Shown here piece after piece: positions 26,945 to 36,589 of a stretch of 53,219 nucleotides of DNA. This stretch comes from a virus (taxonomy: Duplodnaviria; Caudoviricetes), in the IMG/VR virus record IMGVR_UViG_3300021591_000002, positions 1 to 53,219 of that record; one strand, 5' to 3'. A program made the position numbers and the translations under genes. Position 1 is the first letter of the stretch; every line of letters begins with the position of its first letter. The notes below the pieces were generated by a model. The model was not told the DNA's origin and ran no database searches. It worked only from the letters and a program-made list of their open reading frames with translations.

Positions 26945-27491
26945 TCTCTGGCGTGGCCCGTGCCCGTTGGCAGAAGCCGACGATGATCTGATCGAGGCGG
27001 CCAAGAAGATTGCCGCCGCAGCGCAGTCGCTGAAGCGCCACAACGGGTGGAAAGTCATCGATGACATGCTTGGTGAAGCGGAGCGTGCCGCCACGCGCGT
27101 GCTTTCTACGTCCACAGACCCGGAAGAGCGCGAGGTAGCGCGACGACGCCTGGTTGCCTACACATTTCTTGGGCATGTACTTGACGCGCTGGCTGACCTT
27201 CCAAAAGAACTTGAAACACGCCGTGAGCCGCGTATAATGAACCGCCGGGGAGTTGTGGACGATCCGGCATTGCTGGAGCGTGCTGCCATGCTGGCCGAGG
27301 CGCTCCAGACGGACGGATGGAACGAGCTTATGGCCGTTATTCGCGGCATGATTATCGGGTGGCGCGTGCTGCTGCCAGACATGCCCGCGGATAGCGCACA
27401 ATGGGTAATAGAGGTCATAACAGCATTAAGGAGCATCCTCGCGCGTGTGCGTGAGGCCATCAATAGGGCACGTGAAGAAGGAGTCGCGTAA
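26925..27491 (+). CDS. hypothetical head-module protein with internal duplication
   Basis: Two units: A..L...GW..I/L (HNGWKVI, TDGWNEL). Confidence 0.65.
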   Translation: MVCHPSDLWRGPCPLAEADDDLIEAAKKIAAAAQSLKRHNGWKVIDDMLGEAERAATRVLSTSTDPEEREVARRRLVAYTFLGHVLDALADLPKELETRREPRIMNRRGVVDDPALLERAAMLAEALQTDGWNELMAVIRGMIIGWRVLLPDMPADSAQWVIEVITALRSILARVREAINRAREEGVA

Positions 27492-28402
27492 TGGGTACCG
27501 AAGACCCCGACGTCCTTGCTGAAGGTACGGACCCCGAAATGGAGGGGACAGCCGATACCGAACAGCAGGAACCGGCCCCGCAAGAAGGGACAACCGGCGA
27601 AGGGGAAGACAGCGCCAAGTTCTTTCAGACCAAGTACCAGCAAGAGCGCGCTCGTACGAAAGAACTTGAAGAGAAGGTCACCGAGCTCTCCGCCAAGCTG
27701 GATACGCTCCAGAGCCTCCTTGGTGATTTCGAGGAGGCGGAGCGCGAGCTGGAGGGCGAAACAGCGGCTCCAGAAGGGCAGGCCACGCAACAGCCCACCA
27801 CAACGGCGGTGGACTGGAAGCAGTGGGCCTATGATAATGCCCTGCAAGCGTGGAAGGACGGCAACTTCGAGCTGTTCAACGCGATTCGCGAGCGCTTCGC
27901 CGACGAATTGCGTGATACGCCTCTTAGTACCGTCATCGCGCAGCAAAGTGCCCAGCAGCAGCAACCGGCTAACCAGGAGCAGGCTGTCGATCCCGTGAAG
28001 ATGGTTCTCCGCCTTCGCCGGGTCGAGCAGCAGGTTTCGCAACTCGCCGGCGCCTATGGCAAGGAATTCCTTGACCAGCAGGTCGTCTATAATGGCGAGA
28101 CGGTTAGCCGCGCTGAGGCCATCACGATGGAGTCACTCGCGCGCGGGGAAGACCCGAACGCCGTGGCGCTCAAGCTGTTTCCGCAGGATGCCCAGAAGGC
28201 GCTTGTGGAGCAGGCACGGCGGTCGGTCTCCACTGGGATGGCTGGTGCGCTCCAGGGTGCGCCTTCGCCCGGAGGCCAGCCCGGTGCTCAGCAAGGGCCA
28301 GATCAGGCCGATATGCTGCTGAGCGATTCGCTTCTGTCAACCAAGCCGCCGGAAGGCACCAAGGAGCCGCCAGAGGTTTTCCTTGGGGGCGGCGCAGTGT
28401 AA
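27491..28402 (+). CDS. putative scaffolding protein
   Basis: Acidic disordered N-terminus plus coiled coil; located just before the capsid gene. Confidence 0.7.
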   Translation: MGTEDPDVLAEGTDPEMEGTADTEQQEPAPQEGTTGEGEDSAKFFQTKYQQERARTKELEEKVTELSAKLDTLQSLLGDFEEAERELEGETAAPEGQATQQPTTTAVDWKQWAYDNALQAWKDGNFELFNAIRERFADELRDTPLSTVIAQQSAQQQQPANQEQAVDPVKMVLRLRRVEQQVSQLAGAYGKEFLDQQVVYNGETVSRAEAITMESLARGEDPNAVALKLFPQDAQKALVEQARRSVSTGMAGALQGAPSPGGQPGAQQGPDQADMLLSDSLLSTKPPEGTKEPPEVFLGGGAV

Positions 28403-28424
28403 GCCCGGAAGGAGGTGAACGGTC

Positions 28425-29657
28425 GTGGCTTCCTGGGAAAGCGCAAGCGGCGTGACCCTGCTCACGGGGTCCACCAACGAAAGCGTGCCGTCGGGGGAAA
28501 CGTTCACCAACGTGGACATCTACACCGCCGGCGGTGATGGACCGCAGATCGTCCCCCAGGTGCAGAAGAAGGTGTATGTGATGAACGGCGATCCGGCCGC
28601 CTTCACGGCCTTTCTCTCGCGCCTTGGGAACTTCACTGCGGTCGGCACGTCCTACTCGTGGAAAGAGCACCGGCTAGTGCCTGAGATCACCACGATCTCT
28701 GGCTCTGTGGCTGGCACCGAGACTCAGCTCACGGTGGCCCACGGGTCCATTGTGCCGACCAACGCGGTCCTCTTCTTCCCGGCTGCGAACGCACACTTTG
28801 CCGTCACCTCCCGCAGCGGCAACACCCTTACCGGGTTCTGGCTGCAAGAGCCGTCCGGTGGCATCGCTAACGGTGCCACGGCTGTTGTCATACATGTCGG
28901 CATTCCCGATGGCGCGCGTGGTTCCACCATGCCGGTGGCCGCGATGACCACGCGTACCAACTACTACGTGGATGTTGACATCAGGCAACAGTTCTCGGAC
29001 AAGCTCCTTGCGACCCAGTTCCTGGCTCCGTCCGGCAGCTACGTTGAGCATCTCAACAGGCTGCTTTCCGCCGAGTTCCTGAAGATGCAGGAAAAGGCTC
29101 TCCTTTTCGGTGTCTCGGGGACCGCGAGCGGTGATAACGGCGTGTTCTACTGGAGCGATGGCTTGCTCCAGTACGCCGTTGAGGACGGCGAAGTTGCCGT
29201 TGGCGGGGCGCTCACCCAGACTGTCTTCGAGAACAATCTCGAAGAGAAGCTGTTCAACCGCAACAGCGGTCCAGCCAACTGGGTGGCGTTCATGGCCGGC
29301 AGCGTTCGCAGGGTCATCTCGAACTGGTACAAGGACGATGTCCGGTACCAGCCTGGCAAGGGACGCGAGGCTGGGCTGAGCGTTGATACGCTCACTCACC
29401 CGTGCGGCGAGACCATCAAGCTCGTTACGCACAAGCTGCTCAGCCTGCTGGGCCTCACAGACATCATCTTCGTGGTCAACATGACCCCGGACAACTTGAA
29501 GTTGATCCGGAACAAGTGCTGTGCTGGCCCGGTCAAGCGGCTCTTCAAGAACCTTAACGGGTCTAACTCGCTTGAGGTTTCGATCCGTAACGTGTTCACC
29601 TTGATGTGCCAGGGTGCGTCCATCAACACGATGGTGTTCCGGCAGATCGAGGTGTGA
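28425..29657 (+). CDS. major capsid protein (SU10/DUF5309-like)
   Basis: Strong GGAGGT RBS; Y.W.E, RTNY, EKALLFG, DGLL motifs; position after scaffold. Confidence 0.82.
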   Translation: MASWESASGVTLLTGSTNESVPSGETFTNVDIYTAGGDGPQIVPQVQKKVYVMNGDPAAFTAFLSRLGNFTAVGTSYSWKEHRLVPEITTISGSVAGTETQLTVAHGSIVPTNAVLFFPAANAHFAVTSRSGNTLTGFWLQEPSGGIANGATAVVIHVGIPDGARGSTMPVAAMTTRTNYYVDVDIRQQFSDKLLATQFLAPSGSYVEHLNRLLSAEFLKMQEKALLFGVSGTASGDNGVFYWSDGLLQYAVEDGEVAVGGALTQTVFENNLEEKLFNRNSGPANWVAFMAGSVRRVISNWYKDDVRYQPGKGREAGLSVDTLTHPCGETIKLVTHKLLSLLGLTDIIFVVNMTPDNLKLIRNKCCAGPVKRLFKNLNGSNSLEVSIRNVFTLMCQGASINTMVFRQIEV

Positions 29658-29686
29658 TGTGTGCCGCGTCCGCGCGTCCAGTGAGT

Positions 29687-29720
29687 GATGGTGGGGGTGG
29701 GGCTTCCCGCCCCCATCATC
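29687..29720 (+). terminator. stem-loop after the capsid gene (no U-tract; terminator or mRNA stabiliser)
   Basis: GATGGTGGGGGTGGG-gctt-CCCGCCCCCATCATC, 15-bp stem with G.U pairs. Confidence 0.6.
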
Positions 29721-29747
29721 CGAACTAACATTATTGGAGACTGCGTG

Positions 29748-30197
29748 ATGCCAGAGACGTATGTTTGTAACAGGCCGAAGCTAAAGGTTGTCGCTGTTCC
29801 CCCCGTGCCGATGGTCGGCACCGGCAATTCGGCGCGTCCGCTCACCAACATTCCCGAGGTGAGTGTGCAATTCGTTGGGGCGAAGTGCACCCCGCCGACG
29901 GTTGAGGAGCTTGTGCCGCGCTTCGAGGCCGCGTACCTTGAGGCAGGCGAAGATGTGCATGAAGCCAAGAAGAAGGCCAAGCTTGCCGCGAAGGCAGCTC
30001 ATGATAGGCTTATGCGGCTCCTCAACAGCGATAAGCTTCGGCAGCTTGCTGGCGTTCGCCCGGAAGGCGAATTGCTTGAATCGCGGGCTAAAGCCGCAGC
30101 CGAGATGCTGCAAAAGGTCGCGCAGGACCAGGGCAAAAGCGTTGACGAGCTTCTGAAGCAACTTCCGCCCGCTTCCGATGAGGGCACGAATGAATGA
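29748..30197 (+). CDS. hypothetical protein
   Basis: GGAG RBS; ATGA coupling to the next gene. Confidence 0.7.
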   Translation: MPETYVCNRPKLKVVAVPPVPMVGTGNSARPLTNIPEVSVQFVGAKCTPPTVEELVPRFEAAYLEAGEDVHEAKKKAKLAAKAAHDRLMRLLNSDKLRQLAGVRPEGELLESRAKAAAEMLQKVAQDQGKSVDELLKQLPPASDEGTNE

Positions 30198-30841
30198 GTT
30201 ACCAGACATTCGGCGATCTCAAGCGCCTTGCAAGATATTTGGTGGGGGAGACCGGAAGTGAGCCGCGTACGATGGAGTGGATTTCCACTGCCATCAACGC
30301 AGCCTACGCCGAATTTTGTTCCGAGTATCCCTGGAGCTTCAGGCAGCGCATAACCACGGTTACGTACCCCGCCAGGGCATCCTCTTTGTCTATTTCCTCT
30401 TACGGGGTGATACAGGGCGTGTTTCGCGTTGGCGGTGGCTTCCTTGACTGGATGCCGCCGCTTGTGCTTACTGCGCGCAAAGAACGCACCACAGGCTATG
30501 GAACACCGCGGGCGTGGTCCGTCTATTCCACCGACCTCTACTTGTTTCCAACCCCCGGAAGCGACACGAACTTGAAGCTCTACCATCTAATAGACGTTGA
30601 TCCGTTGGTCAACGATTCCGACGAACCGATCATCCCACTCGCCTTTCGCCCATATCTCGCGTACGGCGCGCTTGCCATAATGACGGCAACGGAGAATTTC
30701 GAGAATCCTTCCGCCGCGCGCATGTACCGCGACATCTACGAGAAGGGCGTCCGCTTGGCGAAGATGCAAGAGCCTGGCGGAGCGCTCTACAAGGCGCACC
30801 AGGATATGCCGGGGTGGCCCACAAGTGGAGCAGTATATTGA
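30194..30841 (+). CDS. head-tail adaptor (tail tubular protein A-like)
   Basis: IN.A..E.C...PW, GTPR.W, YLFPTP, D.D.P.IP...LAYGAL. Confidence 0.8.
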   Translation: MSYQTFGDLKRLARYLVGETGSEPRTMEWISTAINAAYAEFCSEYPWSFRQRITTVTYPARASSLSISSYGVIQGVFRVGGGFLDWMPPLVLTARKERTTGYGTPRAWSVYSTDLYLFPTPGSDTNLKLYHLIDVDPLVNDSDEPIIPLAFRPYLAYGALAIMTATENFENPSAARMYRDIYEKGVRLAKMQEPGGALYKAHQDMPGWPTSGAVY

Positions 30842-33023
30842 TATTCCCGCCGTTCGCATAGGTCCGATGGCCGACACGGCCGATCACGCCCAACTTGCGC
30901 CATCAATATCGCGCGAGCTTAGAAACTGCTGGTTCAAGGAGGGGTACGCGGATATAAGGCCGACGTGGGGTAATAGCGGGCTTACCGATCCCGCGCCGGG
31001 CGATGGGTGCCTTGGGAGCGGATACTTCACATCGGACTCCGGCGAGATAACCTATATCACAATCACGTGGGATCAGGCGACGGGGGTGCCAGATGGCTGG
31101 GGGGACGAGACGCCACGGGATGATGTGGCTCCCGACTCTGTGGTACTTGTGATACCCTGGAAGAATGGCGCCTTCATAGTTCCCTCACGCCCGCCGGGGT
31201 ACTACACCAACGGCGAAAGCGGACCCATACTTTATGCAAACACGGATGGCATCTCCCGCATAAATGCGGACCAGCCGGATGCTCCTAACGTCGAAGAACA
31301 CACGGAAGCCGGCAATGTCATGCCGGGGGTGTATTCCTACGTAGTGCAATGGGAAAACGTTGCAACCGGCATTTTGTCGCCGGCGTCGGAGCCAACGCAG
31401 ATAACAGTGGGGCTGAATGAGGAAGATGCGCAAGGACCATCCGCAGGTCCCGTGGTGTCCGTGGAAAGCGGCGGAAACATTGATAAAGGGTCCCGGCTAT
31501 ATAGTGTGGCGTTCTACAATCCTTCGACAGGGCGCGAAACGGCGCTCGGTACCGCGACTACGGCGATAATAACGGAAGACAACAGCAAGGTTGTGCTTAC
31601 CGGGGTACCGGTGCCCAAGAACACCACGGAATGGCCGCAGAAGAGGCTTTATGTTTCGGACGCGGCGGGCGCTTTTCGCCGCCTAGCGACACTCTCCGCA
31701 ACTACAACTTCTTACGTAGATGATGGGAGTGTATCCCCCGGTGATGAACATGTAACAACGGGCACTTCCGTAAAGATCACTTGGGCTGAAAACACCGCTC
31801 CACTTGCCGGCAGTTCATGGAAAATGCGCGTGTACAGGTCGTCGGGTGGCGGTGGTTATCAATTTCTAGGTTACATGGAAGGTGGTCAATTCATTGACAC
31901 ATATGAAACAGCCGAAGAAGCTCCTGGCGGCGGGACCTTGCTGGAGACCATCACACAAGTGCCGTGGTGCAATCATGCTTGCGCATCCGTGGACGGCATT
32001 GTCGCGTGGGCATGTGATAAAGAGACGCCCGCACCATTCAAGGTGTACGTATCATCTTCGCCCGATCAGCCCCTATCCGTGGGGGAAGAATACGACATCG
32101 ACCCACGCTATGGCCCGATTACCGCGCTGGCGCGCTGCGGCGAGAACTTCCTGGTCTTTACGGCGCGCTCTATCCAGGCGATTACGCCAACATCTGGCAG
32201 GGCGACGGTCATCACGGCGGGTATGGGGTGCATAGGTCCACGCGCGTGGTGCGAAACGCCACACGGCATAGCATTCGCGTCAATCTACGGGCCTGCCTTT
32301 CTGCCAAGATGTACGGGCGATCCCCGCTATGTCGGCCCCGATCCGGAGCAGTTCGCCCTTCGCGATCTCTGGGCGGAAATGTTCTCCACGGACAATGGCC
32401 GCACGACACAAACGATAGACATAGCCCAGTACAAGGTGCGGTGCTTACATGTTCCGGAAATACCTGCCGTGCTATGGTTCTTCCAGCGCGCCAAGTGGCC
32501 GGCGGACACGAGCATCCTGCCGTACACATTCGATACCGCAATAATGTGGGAATACGGAAGGCGCGATGAACGATTGACGGTGCACGATCTTCTGTGTGTG
32601 CAGGATGTACTGCTTACGCCGGAGGGCACGCCGCGCCCGCTGTGCTGGCTGTGGCCCGGCGGCTGGAAACGGATATTTGGCAAGGACGTAACCGAAGAGA
32701 TAGTGCAATACACCGGTCTGTCTAGCGATGGCCATGCCGTGAGCGGATTCCCCGCAGAACAGATACCTAGCCAAGGGGACGTTCTGTATGTTTCAAGCGG
32801 CACGGGACAGATGACCGGGGACGTCCAACGGATGGTTGATCACGTCGTGGTGAGCGTTGGTTGCGGGGGCATAGTCATAACCGCCGGGGAGCCAGTGCTT
32901 GGAGAGGATTCCACCGTGTGGCTGAATGGCTTCCCGTGGGTGGTAGATATAGGCCCAATCGTTCCTGCGGAGCCGGAGTTGGTGAAGCGCTGGACTCGCA
33001 TTTCCGTGGAGACTGCACAATGA
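30825..33023 (+). CDS. tail nozzle / packaged-DNA stabilisation protein (tubular protein B-like), apparently lacking its C-terminal strands
   Basis: Follows the adaptor; Ig/FN3-like inserts; GPITAL, LVFT..SI and GMGCIGPR propeller motifs; ends P..VKRW.RISVE. Confidence 0.75.
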   Translation: MEQYIDIPAVRIGPMADTADHAQLAPSISRELRNCWFKEGYADIRPTWGNSGLTDPAPGDGCLGSGYFTSDSGEITYITITWDQATGVPDGWGDETPRDDVAPDSVVLVIPWKNGAFIVPSRPPGYYTNGESGPILYANTDGISRINADQPDAPNVEEHTEAGNVMPGVYSYVVQWENVATGILSPASEPTQITVGLNEEDAQGPSAGPVVSVESGGNIDKGSRLYSVAFYNPSTGRETALGTATTAIITEDNSKVVLTGVPVPKNTTEWPQKRLYVSDAAGAFRRLATLSATTTSYVDDGSVSPGDEHVTTGTSVKITWAENTAPLAGSSWKMRVYRSSGGGGYQFLGYMEGGQFIDTYETAEEAPGGGTLLETITQVPWCNHACASVDGIVAWACDKETPAPFKVYVSSSPDQPLSVGEEYDIDPRYGPITALARCGENFLVFTARSIQAITPTSGRATVITAGMGCIGPRAWCETPHGIAFASIYGPAFLPRCTGDPRYVGPDPEQFALRDLWAEMFSTDNGRTTQTIDIAQYKVRCLHVPEIPAVLWFFQRAKWPADTSILPYTFDTAIMWEYGRRDERLTVHDLLCVQDVLLTPEGTPRPLCWLWPGGWKRIFGKDVTEEIVQYTGLSSDGHAVSGFPAEQIPSQGDVLYVSSGTGQMTGDVQRMVDHVVVSVGCGGIVITAGEPVLGEDSTVWLNGFPWVVDIGPIVPAEPELVKRWTRISVETAQ

Positions 33024-33244
33024 TCATCTTGAAATCTCGCCACCATTCCATTGATAAGGCCGCGCCGTCGGATTCCCTTCCGAAAGCGCCGCCGCGTAAG
33101 CGCTGCATCAGATGCGGCGCCTCTTTCCGCGGCAACACGCTCATTTGCCCTGTGTGCCACAGGGCGGCGCGTGAAATATGGGAGAAGAACCGGCGTAAGA
33201 GCGACGGCAACTTGCCACCGGGCGTGGTCAGGGTGAGGAAATGA
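33020..33244 (+). CDS. small zinc-finger protein
   Basis: ATGA-coupled start MIILK; CIRC...CPVC. Confidence 0.55.
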   Translation: MIILKSRHHSIDKAAPSDSLPKAPPRKRCIRCGASFRGNTLICPVCHRAAREIWEKNRRKSDGNLPPGVVRVRK

Positions 33245-33245
33245 G

Positions 33246-33479
33246 ATGCCACGCAGGCCAAAGCACATAGTAATACGCCGCGTCGCGGGCGGCGGAATTT
33301 CTGTCCATACCGTTGACGGAGCCGTTAACGCGCGGCACACGCTAGACGTTACGATTGCATCACCGCCAGGGAAGAGTACCGAGGAGGCTGCGTATGAGGC
33401 AGCACTTACGATCCTGAAAATCGAGAAGGAACTTACGCAAGAAAAAATGCTTCTCGGTGAAAGGCCACTGGGATGGTAA
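33246..33479 (+). CDS. hypothetical protein
   Basis: GAGG RBS; 77 aa. Confidence 0.55.
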   Translation: MPRRPKHIVIRRVAGGGISVHTVDGAVNARHTLDVTIASPPGKSTEEAAYEAALTILKIEKELTQEKMLLGERPLGW

Positions 33480-34051
33480 GCATGCCAACACGCCAACGCA
33501 CGATCAAGAAGTGGCTTGATTACCTTGCCGAAACTAACGGGGAGGTGGCGGCACTTGAGATCGGGCGGGTTCGCAGCCCGAATGAGACAGTTGGGCACTC
33601 AACGGTAGTGATCGCAAGGCACCCCGCAGTCAAGCGGCTCGTTTCGATTGATATAAATGCCGCGACGGAGTACGTAGCGCGTGAGCTGCTTGGAGAGGAA
33701 ATTCAGAAGGTTGAGTTCATAAATGCCGATTCGTTCTCCGCGCTGGAGAAACTTCTCCTGAGGGGCGACACCTTCGATTTTCTGTACCTCGACGGCGCCA
33801 GTGATGCCGAGATATGCTTTACGGATTTTATGGGCGCCCTCAATGTGTCGCGTGAGGGCTCCATAATAGTGCTGGACGATACGGACCCGAAGTGCGACGT
33901 GAAGGGCAACCTTACCGTCCCTTGGGCGGAAGAACACGGCGACATAGTGGAAATCGTGGATCGCGTGCCTTCCGGGCCGGATAGCAACGGGCAAACTGTC
34001 TTGCGCGTCATAATCCCCGGAGTGTTTGAATGCGAGCCTATGCGTACTTAA
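33473..34051 (+). CDS. class I SAM-dependent methyltransferase (Methyltransf_24-like)
   Basis: LEIG, VSIDIN, FINADS, FDFLYLDG, IIVLDD. Confidence 0.85.
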   Translation: MVSMPTRQRTIKKWLDYLAETNGEVAALEIGRVRSPNETVGHSTVVIARHPAVKRLVSIDINAATEYVARELLGEEIQKVEFINADSFSALEKLLLRGDTFDFLYLDGASDAEICFTDFMGALNVSREGSIIVLDDTDPKCDVKGNLTVPWAEEHGDIVEIVDRVPSGPDSNGQTVLRVIIPGVFECEPMRT

Positions 34052-34890
34052 CGAAGAGCACGCTCGCGTGGCGCGGCGCCGGGCAGATTGCACGCAATAC
34101 GAAGCGCCTATTCGTCGGCCCATGGATTGGTGAGTTCGGATTCGAGGTTATGAACCTCGGTGTGGTACGGAGACTTAAGCAATACTTTGAGGAGGTGATT
34201 GTGTGTTCGCGTCCTGGCTCTCGCGCGTTGTACGACGGTGTGGCCGATGAATTCATCGCGCACGACATTGACTGCATAGGAGCGTGTGTGGGGCTTTCGA
34301 CAATATCGCGGCCCGTATCGCAGCAAGAAATAGAGCGCTGGCTTCCTTCGCCGCACGAGGCAACCATGCAAAAATTAATTGACTATGGCAACCACTGGCC
34401 GGGCGTCTATCAACGGCTCGGAAAGCGCGTGAAAGATTGGGATGGTATTGTCGTTGTCCACGCGCGACACAGAGAGCACGCCCCGGAAAGAAACTGGTCG
34501 CGTGAGCGCTGGAACATGCTTGCGAGACTCCTTCTTCGATCTGGTGCCGTAAAACGCCTCGTGGCCATCGGCACGGAGGAAAGCGCGTGGTCTGTCGAGG
34601 GGGCGATTGATGCGCGAAGGCTTGACCTTCGCGAGCAGATGAGTATCCTTGCGAGCGCCAGGCTGGCGATCGGTCCATCCAGCGGTCCCATGCACTTGGC
34701 ACAGCATTGCGGCTGTCCGGTGATGGTGTGGTGTGGAGGGCCAGAACGCTTCGTCATCGCTGATCGCTACAGGTGGTGGTGGAACCCGCTTGGCACACCC
34801 GCCTACCCGCACGTGGAAGAAGGATGGTGGCCTTCGGTGGAGCAGGCTTACCATTGGACAATAGAGGCCCTTGAGAAGGAAGCTGGATAA
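34030..34890 (+). CDS. GT9-like glycosyltransferase
   Basis: GPWIGEFG.E, RNW...W, IDAR..DL, AIGPSSGPMHLA..CGCP. Confidence 0.82.
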   Translation: MRAYAYLTKSTLAWRGAGQIARNTKRLFVGPWIGEFGFEVMNLGVVRRLKQYFEEVIVCSRPGSRALYDGVADEFIAHDIDCIGACVGLSTISRPVSQQEIERWLPSPHEATMQKLIDYGNHWPGVYQRLGKRVKDWDGIVVVHARHREHAPERNWSRERWNMLARLLLRSGAVKRLVAIGTEESAWSVEGAIDARRLDLREQMSILASARLAIGPSSGPMHLAQHCGCPVMVWCGGPERFVIADRYRWWWNPLGTPAYPHVEEGWWPSVEQAYHWTIEALEKEAG

Positions 34891-35873
34891 TGAGTGTTGT
34901 GCTTTTGCGAGAGGACCCGCCGGGCGCCGTTGGTGGTGTGCCTAGATACTACGACAATCTTGTGAAGGCGTGCGGTATCGTTGATGTTGGCATAAACGAT
35001 AGCACGCTCATTGACTGGAAGGCCGGGCGCTTGTCTATTTCGGCGGACAATGATCTCGTTATTGTTACCAACCAGTATGCGTGCGATATTCCCCCGCAGT
35101 ACGCGGTCATTGCCATTCAGCACGGCTGCGCAATGGAGCATGGCCTTGCTAATAACTACCAGCCGCACATAGAAATGGGCGCGCGCCAGTTGGCCGCCGC
35201 GCAACGAGAACGAACGTATTGGGTGGCTGTGAGCGAGTACGCCGCGCTGCATTGCAAGTGGCATATGGGCGTTGACGCGAGGCGGATAATATGGGGTGCG
35301 GTTGACACGGAAGCATTTCATCCCGGCGAGCGGCAGATGCATCGGAATCCGCAGGGCAAGATAGTCGTCTTGGCGTCGGCTACCGATGATTGCAAGGGGC
35401 GGCATCTGCTTGACGACGTAGCCAATGCCCTTGGCGATTGCTTTAGTGTGAAGAATCTTGTCGGCGTGAAGCCAAGCGAAATGCCCGACGCCTTGCGTAG
35501 TGGCGATATATTTCTTAGTCTGTCGCTTGAGGAAGGCTTGCCGACGGTTGTGCAAGAAGCATTGTCCGTCGGGCTTGTGGTTGTGGGTACGCGGACCGGC
35601 TTCCTTTGGAGCCACGCCCACGGCGACCCCGTGTATTGTGGCAACAGGGACGCCGTGGCATGGGCCAATTACGATGTCGGCGCGGTCATCTTCGATCCGC
35701 GTCTCCGCGACATGGCCGAGTGGGTGGCCGACTTCATTCGGGGCGCCTGGGAGAGGCGGCATCGCTTCAACGGGCGCGTCTTCGCCTTGCGGTGGTTCGG
35801 GCTTGAGCTTTTCGGGCGGCAGTGGGCGCTTGCGTTCGCCGAAGCCCGCGAAGAACTAGGGGTGAAACCATGA
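34890..35873 (+). CDS. GT4 family glycosyltransferase
   Basis: GGV, VAVS, AVDT..F.P, DIFL..S..EGLP.VVQEALSVG..VV.T. Confidence 0.87.
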   Translation: MSVVLLREDPPGAVGGVPRYYDNLVKACGIVDVGINDSTLIDWKAGRLSISADNDLVIVTNQYACDIPPQYAVIAIQHGCAMEHGLANNYQPHIEMGARQLAAAQRERTYWVAVSEYAALHCKWHMGVDARRIIWGAVDTEAFHPGERQMHRNPQGKIVVLASATDDCKGRHLLDDVANALGDCFSVKNLVGVKPSEMPDALRSGDIFLSLSLEEGLPTVVQEALSVGLVVVGTRTGFLWSHAHGDPVYCGNRDAVAWANYDVGAVIFDPRLRDMAEWVADFIRGAWERRHRFNGRVFALRWFGLELFGRQWALAFAEAREELGVKP

Positions 35874-36580
35874 AGCCGGTTGGCGTGGCGATAATAGCGT
35901 ATCGGCGCCTCGAAGACGCACGCCGTGCCGTAAGGTCCGTGCTGGCGAACACGCGGTACCCCTTCAGGCTACTTGTATTCGATAACAGTGATGACTTTCG
36001 CATTGGCTCGTGGATGCTCGCGCATGCTAACTCCGCGATGTATAGGCGAAGCCCGTACAATTGCGGCACGTGCCTTGCCCGTAACGAAATCATGCGGGTA
36101 TTCTGCCGCATGGGTATGGATTATTGGGTAGTCATGGACCAGGACGTGGAGGTTGTGGCGCCCGGCTGGGTAAAAGACATGCTTGACGTGTTCAAGCATT
36201 ATCCGGATACTGGTATCGTCGGCTGGCGCAATGCCGTGCGTTCGGCAGGGTGCCCGCATGCGCCAGATAATACAGGCCGTATGCCGGAGATACCAGGCGT
36301 GTGCACAATGGTAAGTCGCAAGTGCGCAGAGGCGGTAAATGGTTGGTGCGCCAGATACTTCCTGCACCGTGGGGAGGATACAGACTTCTGCCTGGCGGCT
36401 GCGACAAAAGGCTTCGCAACACGGGTTGTGATGGGGCCGGATAAGATAGCCCACCACCACCCACATCGTGGTGTCCAAGCCTTCGCCGGCCACGGCAAAA
36501 TGTGGAGCCTGAGCGACGCAATACTCAAGGAGCGCACGGAAAAACTTGGGTTCGAACGTATCCCCGGGATAAATGCCTAG
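35870..36580 (+). CDS. GT2 family glycosyltransferase
   Basis: IIAY, VFDNS, N.G...ARN, DQD (DxD), EDTDFC. Confidence 0.87.
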   Translation: MKPVGVAIIAYRRLEDARRAVRSVLANTRYPFRLLVFDNSDDFRIGSWMLAHANSAMYRRSPYNCGTCLARNEIMRVFCRMGMDYWVVMDQDVEVVAPGWVKDMLDVFKHYPDTGIVGWRNAVRSAGCPHAPDNTGRMPEIPGVCTMVSRKCAEAVNGWCARYFLHRGEDTDFCLAAATKGFATRVVMGPDKIAHHHPHRGVQAFAGHGKMWSLSDAILKERTEKLGFERIPGINA

Positions 36581-36589
36581 GGGTAGGTC

